DNA of 64,000 nt, from positions 992,001-1,056,000 of the forward strand of contig JBHGNT010000017.1 of NCBI GenBank assembly GCA_043228905.1, given 5' to 3'. Shown one piece after another: positions 14,501-29,548 of the stretch. The DNA is from Azolla caroliniana. Taxonomy: Eukaryota; Plantae; Polypodiophyta. How positions within the stretch are numbered: the stretch's first letter is position 1; each line of letters starts with the position of its first letter. The position numbers and the translations under genes were made by a program. The notes below the pieces were generated by a model that was not told where the DNA came from, made no database searches, and was given only the letters and a program-made list of their open reading frames with translations.

Positions 14501-16015
14501 TATTGTAAAACTGATTGTTTCTTCATCGATGATTTGAAAACCTAATTGGCAAGTTAAGAAATTTTGAATTCGTAATCCTTGGGAGCCCAAACTTCTAGTA
14601 ATTAGATGAGAAAGCGGTATTAAGTCTAATTGGGGCTTGTGACAGGATTAAAAAAGCTTTTCGTTGGGTGTGTTTGTAGTGCAAAGCTCCAACCAACCAT
14701 TGGCAAATTGGGCCACTACTACTCTAACATGATGGTATGTGATAGAAATAATGTTCCATGAATAAATCTTATTGTTTGCTTTTCATGCATGGAATAATAG
14801 GACACTTTGAGAGAATAGGACTAATTTTAGCAAGAAATGATCATATTTACATTAGACTCTATTCCCTTCTCTCAATAGTTGATGCAATAAACTCAAAATG
14901 GTGAGGGATAAAGAACACCTTAAACAATAGAAAATTAATATGGGCAATAAACCAACAAATAATAAAAAACATGGGAAGTATACCGAGAGATGCTGTTTAT
15001 GTATCCGAATATTGAAAAGTATATGTTTGATTAAAATTCAATTTTCATACATGTATGCTCTCTTAGACTACATATGTAAATGTTCCCAATCACATCAAAA
15101 CACACGATCATGCCCTCTATTTTTATTTATTTAAGGTTACATAATTAGGAAACGAGTCATTGACTCCCACGTTTTAACAATGAATCCTCATTTCGCTAGA
15201 AAGCAAAACTGTTGGCACAATTAATAAAATTAGAAGCAACACGATGAACAAACCAGACTTCGAATAAGGAAGGTAGGTATCTCCTAATTGAGGCAACAAG
15301 AAAAGCATGTATATCTCGATCAAGGTAATTAGAAAGAGGGTATCTTCTACCGGAAGTAACATAAGGAATCACATATCACCCAGTTGAGGTAACAAGGTAA
15401 TCAATGTTTTAAGCATTCGAGTTGAATCACATATCTCCCGGAAACATGTTGCGAGGGGGGCAATCAATAAAGTGTGTGTTTTCGAGGTCATGCATGGTCG
15501 TGACCTAACGGGAGAATCTAACTCCTAGAGAGTGTTGGGCACCACGACAAAAGTAGCCACAGAAAGAGTCGCAAACAGATGTGAGGTTTTTGGACAAGGA
15601 TATGACTACTGCGTGGGCCACCACATAACATAATAGACAAACACACAAAGAAAGGATCAAAACAAATGGGCGGGGGGGGTTTGCAAAGCAGCCTTTAGAT
15701 TGAGAGAAGGGTCAAAAAGGATCCGACGGTTGCTTTCGTGCGTTGCACAATAGAGGGACTATTCTGGACCGTCGGATGACTGCAACAGATCGGACGGCAG
15801 TGAGGTCTGCCACCTGTAGAAGGGCACGCATTTTAAGGGTTTATGTCTGATTTCTCGCCCTTTTGTGGGCGGGTTTGTATTTAATACCGAACGGAAATCT
15901 CAGTCTTTCCTCACTCACTCGTGTCTCCTTTCTCTCTGCAAACCCTAATTGCTTCTTCATCTCCACCTCTGCGTTCCTCTGCCTTTGTTTCCTTCCTTTG
16001 CCTCTCTGTCTCTCC

Positions 16016-20196
<4,181 letters not shown>

Positions 20197-20434
20197 GAAG
20201 CAACATTCTGTCCGCACTATGGAGGGATGAGAGCTTAGAAATAAACCCTTTTATATTACATGAATTATTTGATGTAGGGGAGTGTCTTGATACAAATAAT
20301 GGAGGATTTCATCAGAGATATAGGCCTCTGGATCTGAAATAAAGAAGAGGCAGATTTTCCGTACTTAACTGAGTTTGGGGATTTTTTAATTTACAATTTT
20401 GTTCAGAAGATGCAACAGTACACATAATTGCTGG

Positions 20435-20800
20435 ATCTTGAGATTAAATGATTGTTAAAGACATTTAATTTAATATATGCCTTAATCCTCTCTTTCATGT
20501 CAAACATGTATCATACATGCATGTTATATGTGGCTTCGTATTTTAGAAATCTTGAGATTAAATGATTGTTAAAGACATTTAATTTAATATATGCCTTAGT
20601 CCTCTCTTTCATGTCAAACATGTATCATACATGCATGTTATATGTGGCTTCGTATTTTAGAAATTTAGACTTTCCGTTATGTATATTTTCATGGTTATAA
20701 TTTGCGGGTCTTTGTGTCAAACATGCATCATACATGCATGTTATATGTGGCTTCGTATTTTAGAAATTTAGACTTTGCGTTATGTATATTTTCATGGTAC
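20435..20800. repeat. Tandem repeat of ~114 bp (2 full copies and 1 partial) downstream of GAPCp
   Basis: atcttgagattaaatgattgttaaagac at 20435 and 20549; a partial third copy starts near 20716. Confidence 0.9.
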
Positions 20801-21319
20801 ATAATCATGACTCAAAATTTTCTTCTTTTAAAGTATTGCGAAATGTCTTAATTCACTTACCCTTTGCACATATTATTTGGCCACTAACCTACATTGTCAA
20901 TTTGAGTGGTGCTGTCATGACAACTGATTCTGCTCCTGTGCGACACACCCTTTTTGGTCCATTTGCTTGCGTTGTATTAGGCCATTGTTTCATGCACCTT
21001 GAGCTTGCTCCTCTAAATCTGGTTCTGCCATTGATGTTTGGCATGCAAGCTACAAAATCCTTTTCCTATTAGAAGACCAATCTCAAAATTTCTAAGGTTT
21101 GGCAGAAGACTGAGTTCGTTGGGGTTCGAGATCTCATCCCACAATTTGTACATGGGTAGGGCAAGTGTCGCAGGTGAGCAATAATCTGGTGCTCCTGTTC
21201 TAGATATTTACAGAAATATTTGTATTCAGTTAAAGAACTACCAGTGTAACCCTATATATGCATAATATACTGCAGAAAAAACACTCCAACTCTAATATAC
21301 AAAGTACATCTAATATACA

Positions 21320-21560
21320 TACCCTGCAGAGAACACTAATTAGAGAGTTTCTATTTCTCTACACAGAGAGAACATTCTAATCCTAATTAGAGAACTTCCG
21401 TTTATGTGTATATGTATGCACACATTGAAAACACTGCAAAACCCTAATTAGAGTGCTTCCATTTCTCTATACTGAGAAAACATTCAAACCTTAATTACAG
21501 AGCGTCCATTCTCTACACACAGAAAACATTCAAACCCTAATTAAAGGCTTCCATTTCTCT
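21320..21560. repeat. Degenerate ~47-bp minisatellite containing telobox-like AAACCCTAA
   Basis: About 5 units resembling aacattcaaaccctaattagag...ttccatttctct upstream of the 827-aa ORF. Confidence 0.7.
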
Positions 21561-21949
21561 GTATGCATGCACGCGCGCATGCGTATATTTTCGAATACGA
21601 GAGACTCGAGAGCGAAAAGAAGAATGTGAAAGCCTTGTTATTTGAATAAGACTAAGTGAAATGAAATTTAATTAATAGTTGCCAAATAAAAAAACAAAAA
21701 ATAATCCGAGCACATTTTTAAAAAATCGAGTAATTAATTCGACTATCGATCGTAATGTGGCTTGCTTCAATCGCTGGCGTCGTTTCAGACCTTACTCTGC
21801 AATTTTAGGGTTTCTTGAGATATGGAAAATGTGGAGGACGAGCCTAAGTAATAATAGGTATGTCTTCTTCCTCTCGGTCTCCTTCTGGTTCTGGTTCTTC
21901 CTTCTTCATTATCTACATAATGCAGTATGAGAATACGTAGAGAGGGGCG

Positions 21950-24433
21950 ATGCATAAAGATTACTCAGAATTAGGTTTAGGTTTAGGGTTGCGATTACAT
22001 GATCTCTCTCCTAGACGTGTCTCTTCATCGATGTACGATGAAACCTTTGGTGGTTCCGCTAGCCTGCGTGTGAAGCAAACTTTGTTGTCCAGGCCAAGAG
22101 ATGTGTGTCTAAATTCTGGGACAAGAAGCTTGTCTGCTGGAAGGACAAGCTTCCATGGAACTTCTGCTTCTTTGGTTCAGAACAGATACAGTAGTCCGCC
22201 ACCGAGGATCAAAGATCATGGTAGTAATAATCCACACAGATATAATGGCCCTATGTTTTCTAGACCTAAAGATGGTGCAGACAATATGGATATGATGGAA
22301 TATGCTAATGTGAATGCAGTATTGAGTCGTCTCTCTATTCTTCCAATGGAAATGAAAGGGTTTTTACATGGAACTTCATTGAAAGAGAAGCTGAAAACTA
22401 TAAGGAAGACCTTGGATGATGACAAAGTTTCTTCTACTTCAGAGTTAGATGCTTGGAGAGAGAAATGGAAGAGAGAGAGTATTCATAGAAGGCTTCATCC
22501 TGACCGTAGAGAGTTCAGGTCTTGTAACTCTTCTGATCCAAAAGTATGCTCATTAAGGCAACTAAACACGAAAAATTTGCCTTCTTCGATGAGATGGCTC
22601 AACCATCAAGAGCAAACTCCAGATCAATGTAGAGATCAAACTCGATTACACCCTCGAGAACACATTCAATTGCAAAGTCGAGATCGTATTCAATTGCAAA
22701 GTCGAGATCAAATTCAACTGAAAAGTCAAGATCAAACTCGACTAGAAATTCGAGATCAAAATCGAGACCAAACTCGATTACATACTCGATTGCAAAATCG
22801 AGACCAACCTCAGTTGTATACTCAAGATCAAAGTCGAGATAAAATTCCCTTGCAAAGTCGAGATGAAGCCCAAGATCAAACTGGAAAGCAATTTCGAGAG
22901 TCAATTCGAGAACAATTTCAAGATCAAACTGGAGATCGAATTCGAGAACAAACTGCTAATGAGCGGAAAATTGAGTGCTTGCCTTATTCAGATCAGAGTA
23001 GAGAACAAACTAGGGATAAATTTCGCTGTCAAATTGGAGATCTTGGGGACAAGACTGAAAGCTTGCCTTACTCAGACTCAGGTCAGAATAAAGATCAATC
23101 TCGAGATCAAACTGGGGAGCAGATTGATTATGGGCAGAAGATTGAATGCTTGCCTTACTCAGATCAAACCCAAGAACAAGTTCGAGAAAAAACTGGTTGT
23201 GGACAGCAGATTGAATGCTTGCTTTACTCAGATTCAGATCAGCATGAAAACCAATTTCAAGATCAAACAATAGAGCAAATACAAGAGCAAACTCGAGATC
23301 AAACCCAGCATGGAAGTCGAGACCAAAGCAGTTTTGGGCAGAAGGTTGAATGCTTGCGTTATTCAGGTTCAGATCAGACTAGAAGTCAAATTCGGATGCA
23401 AACATATTCTGGGCAGAAGATTGAATGCCTACATTATTCAGATTCAGGTCAGAGTAGAAATCGAAATCGAAATCCATTTCAACAAAAAATTCAAGATCAA
23501 TTTCAAGAGGAAATTAAAGAGAAATTTCGAGAGCAAGCCCAAGATCAAACTCAAATGCAAACTGGTTTTGGGCAGAAGATTGAGTGCTTATCTTATTCAG
23601 ATCAGAGTAGAAGACAAAGTGCAGAGCAATTTCAAAGGCAAACCCAAGATCAATTTCGATTGCAAACTGGTTCTTGGCAGAAGATTGAATGCTTGCCTTA
23701 TTCAGACCAGAGGAGAAGGCAAAGTGAAGAGAAATGTCAAGAGCACACTCGACGTCTAAATGGAGAGCAGTTTCGAGAGCAAACTGGTTTCAGCCAGAAG
23801 TTTCAATCCATTCATGATTCAGATTCAGATCAGAGTAATGCTAAGAACCATTTGTACTTGCGAAGGATCATTGATGGATCTCGCAAAGAATTTGCTGTCC
23901 GAACCTTCGAGAAGTTTGTGCATTCGAGGTTAACTCATTACATGCTAATGTATATAACAGCTTGTGCAAAGGGTCTAATGGGGGATGAGAAGACTAAGTT
24001 TCTTAGTCTTTTCAAAGCAGAAGGTGCATTCAAACACAAGCCATTGAATGAAGGAACCTATTGTGAGTTGCTAAGGTTTGTTGATAATGGCTCAAATCCC
24101 TCCAAGGATGTTGTGAAAGCCTTGGATGTAGCTGAAACAAGCTTACAAGAGGAAGGAATTAGAGGGGGATATGATTTGAAAGCCATTGGTGATATTAGAA
24201 CACAAATGAGGGCATTTATTTCACTTGGAAGATCAATGTCTTCTTTTATAACTTGTCCTCCTATCAGTGAAGGTTATCGTGACGAGTGTCTCTTTACAGT
24301 TGAATTACTTCAGGATCTTGTCAGATCGGCTGATCAAGCAAAGTTAGGAGCATTACAAGGCCTCCACAAGCTCATAAAACTTGGTTGTTTTTTAGCATTG
24401 AAAGGTATGGATTGCTCCTCCTCCTCGGACTGA
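21950..24433 (+). CDS. Uncharacterised 827-aa protein with RDQ-rich repeats and (Q/R)KIECLxYSD repeats
   Basis: Uninterrupted 2.5-kb ORF in AT-rich DNA, with a central repeat region and a non-repetitive ~190-aa C-terminal domain. No family recognised. Confidence 0.7.
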   Translation: MHKDYSELGLGLGLRLHDLSPRRVSSSMYDETFGGSASLRVKQTLLSRPRDVCLNSGTRSLSAGRTSFHGTSASLVQNRYSSPPPRIKDHGSNNPHRYNGPMFSRPKDGADNMDMMEYANVNAVLSRLSILPMEMKGFLHGTSLKEKLKTIRKTLDDDKVSSTSELDAWREKWKRESIHRRLHPDRREFRSCNSSDPKVCSLRQLNTKNLPSSMRWLNHQEQTPDQCRDQTRLHPREHIQLQSRDRIQLQSRDQIQLKSQDQTRLEIRDQNRDQTRLHTRLQNRDQPQLYTQDQSRDKIPLQSRDEAQDQTGKQFRESIREQFQDQTGDRIREQTANERKIECLPYSDQSREQTRDKFRCQIGDLGDKTESLPYSDSGQNKDQSRDQTGEQIDYGQKIECLPYSDQTQEQVREKTGCGQQIECLLYSDSDQHENQFQDQTIEQIQEQTRDQTQHGSRDQSSFGQKVECLRYSGSDQTRSQIRMQTYSGQKIECLHYSDSGQSRNRNRNPFQQKIQDQFQEEIKEKFREQAQDQTQMQTGFGQKIECLSYSDQSRRQSAEQFQRQTQDQFRLQTGSWQKIECLPYSDQRRRQSEEKCQEHTRRLNGEQFREQTGFSQKFQSIHDSDSDQSNAKNHLYLRRIIDGSRKEFAVRTFEKFVHSRLTHYMLMYITACAKGLMGDEKTKFLSLFKAEGAFKHKPLNEGTYCELLRFVDNGSNPSKDVVKALDVAETSLQEEGIRGGYDLKAIGDIRTQMRAFISLGRSMSSFITCPPISEGYRDECLFTVELLQDLVRSADQAKLGALQGLHKLIKLGCFLALKGMDCSSSSD

Positions 24434-26449
24434 CTGTAGTTGGAAGGATTAAATAGATAATCATTGGGTTGTCTTGAAAATACATAGACTACAGAGTGGC
24501 AAACCTTCATTGTTACATCACTAAGCCCAAATGGAACCACATTGTTTTCTTGGCAATGGAAATTCTGGAGAAAAGGAATGGAAATGCTCTACTTTGGATG
24601 CAACTCATGATCTATGACCCATCAAAACCACCTCTATTCAGACATTGGCTTGAAATTTTCTCATTGATTTGAAGTTGATGAAGGTCAAAGCATAAGATTT
24701 TCACCGAGAGGTCCTGTAAATTCAGCTTATTCTAGCAATAAACACCAGTCACATTCACTGGTGTAACAAGGATGCCATTCTTTTGTACTTACAACCCACA
24801 AAGAAATTTTGTTTTGAGAGATTGATTCATTGGACCAGTACCATGCCAAGAAAAGCTGAAGTCTTTGTCATAACTTGGTATTGAATCGCTGGTTTTGTGA
24901 GAAACTTGTGTAAATTAATTGAGAACAAGAACCCTTTTCATGTTGCGTCAGTATAATTAATCACATGTGAGCACATCACAACTTGTATATAATTGCTGGT
25001 TTTGTGAGAAGCTTGAGTAAATTATTTGAGAACAAGAACCCTTTTCGTGTTGCATATTCAGTGAAACAGGAGACTAACATAGTTGTAGCGTGATAGCTTG
25101 AACATTGCATGTTCAACTTTTGAATGTTGGCACTCATGTTCAAGGGGAAGTTCTAGGTTTCAAATCTATCTACTTTTATAGGCTATGAATTTATTACAAA
25201 TTTCCCTATAAAATAAAGTGAAAATAAATAGCCCTCATTTTTCACAAAACTCCTAAAATCAAATAGATAAATCTTGGATTAAAATATAGAAAAGTAGTAT
25301 TGTGTTTGCCTTTAGTTCTCCAAAATGACCCTAAATTTTCATGTTCCAAAGATGCCCTTGAATAGTCCCTTTTCAAGTAGTTACATGTGTGTCTGAATTT
25401 AGGAAATATGGTTAGGGAATCAGAATCTTATTGGTGTTTTAATGTTTTGAGTACTTGTATGCTTTGTGCAATGTTGGCATTGGCATGTAAATAGTCAATA
25501 TAGGTTCATTTACAGCATTTTACTAAATTCTAGCAACTTAAGAGTGGTTGATGATTGTTCATGCCCATGTCACTGACGAGGGGTAGATGATAGTTTGATC
25601 TTGCACACAACCTTAGTGTGGAGGTATAACTCCAGTAAAGATTCAACACTCCATGTTATAACCTTGAGGCAACACATCTAATTTGGATCCGCTACTAGAG
25701 ACTAAGTTGTCAATTGAAGTTTTCAATGAGCTATTTGTTGAATCCCAAGGCAATACTTTAGTTATTAGAGAAGAAACAAGAAGAGAAATATGACATCGAG
25801 GACGTCTCAACCAAACTAGTGTGAGGTTATATTGAGTTAAAGAGAAAGAGGACAAGGAGGGCATCTCATCAAGACATTTGAGAGGTTGAATAAAGGAGTT
25901 TTAGTTCTTCAAGCTCTATGTTATGTGCTCCCTTGTTTATTTGTGATTATTGACCAATAATTTGGTTTTTTCTTGGTTATTAAATCCGAACCACATTTTC
26001 CTTTCTTTAACTTTAGTGCCTTTTTCCATCTATTGTTCACATGTGGGTTTCTGTTGTAATTGTTTTATGTTGTGGTTGACTTATCGTTGTTAATCCTAGA
26101 CACCTACAAGAGATAACAACATTGTTCAATGTCCACTCATTAATGGATACTAGAGGGTTTAGTCCGTCGATCACAAACAATAGAACCTCTGTAATTGCAA
26201 CATGATTAATCACACTTATGAGCTAATGACACAACCATAATTAACGTTGACATATAACACTCTAGGGATGAGCATGTGGTAGAAATGAACACCACAAATG
26301 ATTATTTAAAGAGTGAAAGAATAAATATCATCATAAAGGTCCACCCTTTAAAACGACATATCTACTTGCTTGGAGTTCACTGGGTAGAGGGTAGCAAAGG
26401 GGCATGAAAGTAGACCAAGCTAAACATAGAGACATGGTCCCTTTCTACC

Positions 26450-28520
26450 ATAAGGGTTTTAATGTCATATATATTAAGAAGCGCGAGTATTGATACATTT
26501 ATTTATAAAGTTGCTCTCCGATTTGTCAAAATTACAAGCGCCATCAAATGGCAAAAGTTATGGCATTCTCATCAGAAAGCATATTTATGCGCATGACCCC
26601 AAACCAAAATTGGTGACTCGAGGTTTAGTCAAAAAAGTGGACGAGGGCTTTTGATCAATATTGGTTTGAACTTATATGATGGTTGAGTGTGGTGGCACAA
26701 ATGCAACCTAATCATTTTACTGATGGGCAAGTAGTCGTTGCATCGCCTTCAATGTGGCAACAAATGTCTTGGTGTACCATTGCACAAACAATTTCTTCTC
26801 AAAATTAAATAATGTCATCGAAATATGCGATTTGCATTTGTGTCTCCATGTCGGCCCACAAAATGTGTAGGTCCATGGTTTTGGTCACCTAATGAGGCCA
26901 TAACTTGTCAACTACCTTAAACACTTAAGTGAGAGCTTCAAGGCGGAAAGCATTGGATTGTACCCTTACTTGATCCATATCGGTAGATTATAGTCTACAT
27001 TGGATCCACGTTGATGACATGGCAAACAAAGATGTTGAAGGGTGTATTAGAGAAATTGAGAACCTTCAAAGATCATTCCAATGTTGTTTTTATTGCATTG
27101 AAAAGGGAAGGAACTTTCTGCCTTCATCACTATGCCTCATGCTTAATTCCAAGTGGCTCATGAATGAGTCTTGCAATGACATTCTTACTTTAAAAATGAT
27201 CAAAACATCAAGACAAAAACCAATAAACTTAAAAAGACACTAGTTGCAAGGTGTCCCATTGGTGTATAGCGTACTTGGTCCAAGACAGTAGTTATGATTG
27301 TGGTCTTCCCAAATGGACTAAGAAACTCTCACGACGTTGCCTCCAATTCCCATAAGTGATGGTTTGATTGTTACCTCTTTGTTGAAGAAGGGATGCAGTT
27401 GTTGGTTTGAGACGAATACCATAAACTGGTTGTGTTTTGACCTATTCATCAAGAGTGCCAACTTGTAAGACCCCCTCACCAACCTATTTGAATAACCGAT
27501 GTAGGAATGAACCATCGTAAAACTTTGAAAGCTCATGTGTAGTTTTTCTTGCCTTGGAAAAGTGCATAAATGTCACAATGAAGAGCACCAATGCTCAATG
27601 ATAGAAGTAATGAAGAGCTTGACCATTTTGTTAGGTATATTTTTACCATGTATGTGTTTTCCTAGACTTGTTGACAAGCATATCACATATAGGTATCTAA
27701 TTATGATTTATTTGCACATCTTGGCATGCAAAGTGGAAGCAAATAAAACCTTTAATGTGATTGGCGTACTGACGATTTTTACAAATATGATGTTGTGGAG
27801 GATGATGCATTAAAAAATATTGTCAATGAAGTAAAGACATCCTTGCATCCTCAAGACAAACACCTTGATGCATACTTGACTCCATGATAGTGCAAAAACA
27901 ATATAGCACATTCAGTCTGCCTCCTCGTTGCTTATTTTTTGCAATCTCCAAAAACCGCAAATTTACTTGCAGTAACTTGGAAGAAAATACAATGAATTGC
28001 TTCTCATGTAATTGGTTATGATGTCATTGGTCAATATTTTATAACTCACTATCATTGAAAATAAATGACGTGCAAGGATTTGTGAATGTCTTGAAGCAAA
28101 TCAATTTGCATCTATGTTTGAGAATATTGTTGCAAGCAAAATCCTAGGCATTGCTTTGCATTGAAAATTCTATGTGCTTCATCAATGGCAAAAGCATATT
28201 TGTTGATATTACCACCACTTGAGTTTACATGTGTTTTGACTAAACCAATAATTGGACATAACCTTGAACCTGGTCAAATATGTTTCCATTAGTTTTGATG
28301 TATTCAAAACAAAATGGGAATGTTTTTGAATTTTTGAATCGTGAAATGTAGTACTTGTTACAATCTCTCACATATATATGTGTCACATTGCTTTAGATTA
28401 AAAAGAATGATCAAAAGACAACCACTTAAAATGTGGATTGTGAAGTGAGCAATGAATATTCTATTGAGTACAATAATCACGATGAACTTCAAATGTAGTG
28501 AATTGTTTGTCAGATGTTTC
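26450..28520 (+). mobile_element. Heavily degraded transposon sequence, possibly a hAT-type transposase with a nested retroelement scrap
   Basis: Short fragments such as YFVDIT-THL (~28200) and FDVFKTKWE resemble hAT transposase C-terminal regions. Many stops and frameshifts; boundaries are approximate. Confidence 0.3.
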
Positions 28521-28523
28521 AAC

Positions 28524-28706
28524 TGTCGAATACAAGTGTATAATGGACGTATTCACACTATCCTTTTGTATAGCTCAAGTTTGGGCCATTTGTGTAATTA
28601 GCATAAAGGGTAGTTGCCCTAAGTTTGTCACTATATAAAGTGACCTTGTAACCTTTTTGTAAGGTTGGTTGTATTATTGTTTCTATTGAATAGAAAGTCT
28701 TTTGTG

Positions 28707-28763
<57 letters not shown>

Positions 28764-28851
28764 ACGATCTTGGAAACTGCCATACGCAGGTACGCAGAAC
28801 AGAATCGAATGCTTCTTGATCTTCCGCATCGACACGGCCTTGTCTTCAACA
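28524..28851 (+). repeat. 5' LTR (328 bp, contains (CT)26)
   Basis: tgtcgaatac...tcttcaaca with TATATAA inside; direct repeat of 33777-34090. Confidence 0.97.
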
Positions 28852-28853
28852 TC

Positions 28854-28866
28854 TGGTATCAGAGCC
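28854..28866 (+). other. Primer-binding site for initiator tRNA-Met
   Basis: tggtatcagagcc, 2 nt after the 5' LTR. Confidence 0.95.
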
Positions 28867-29548
28867 TGCACAGTATTCGGTCCTTCAATCCGCTGTCGGC
28901 CGTCGTCTTAGCCTGCACAGCATTCGGTTTCCTGCGTCATTCGAAGAAGAGAGAAGAAGAAGAAAAACGAGGCTTGCATCTCATCGCGTTAGATCATCTT
29001 CGCTTGGAGTAAGCCAGCCGGTTGTACTCTATTTCTTGTGATCGTAACCGCTCGAGGTGAAATCCCCTTGTGCAACATTGACACGATCGTGCTCCACTCG
29101 GTTAAACGACATCCGAAGAGGTCATCAAACGCTGCTCGCCGCTCATTGTAACCACTCGGTGCAGATCGTTCTCAAGACAACAACCCCAATTCGTGCTTCA
29201 TCCGGCTGATCGACATTCGGGAGGATCAGTTGGATCCGTCTCTCTCGTCGCTGCAGTCACCCGAAGCAGAATCGGTCCAGACAATCGGTTTCAATAATCG
29301 GTATTTGGCATATATATTCGGAAGCGAACCGGGCTCACTCCGACTCGGCAACATTCGGGAAGACCAGTCGGTTCTGTCCCTCAAGTTACCGGAGTCAATT
29401 CGAGCAAGTTCAACAATACATATATCTGAAGCCGAACCGACTCGGGTTCAAATCCGACTAGAACGATATCAGGTGAGCCAACCGGCTGCACTCCAACAAG
29501 GTTCGTAGTCAACTCCGAACCGAGCTTCGTCAACCGAAACCAAATTTG

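Noticed and set aside
11600-15500. Genes or a defined transposon in this intergenic block
   Set aside because: Only a poly-G run, short repeats and unalignable fragments; nothing I can support.
22599-23759. Alternative-frame and antisense ORFs over the repeat protein
   Set aside because: They are shadows of the repetitive main ORF.
29230-29508. 92-aa ORF in the copia leader as an extra gene
   Set aside because: TTG start, no motif recognised, and open frames of this length are common in GC-rich leaders.
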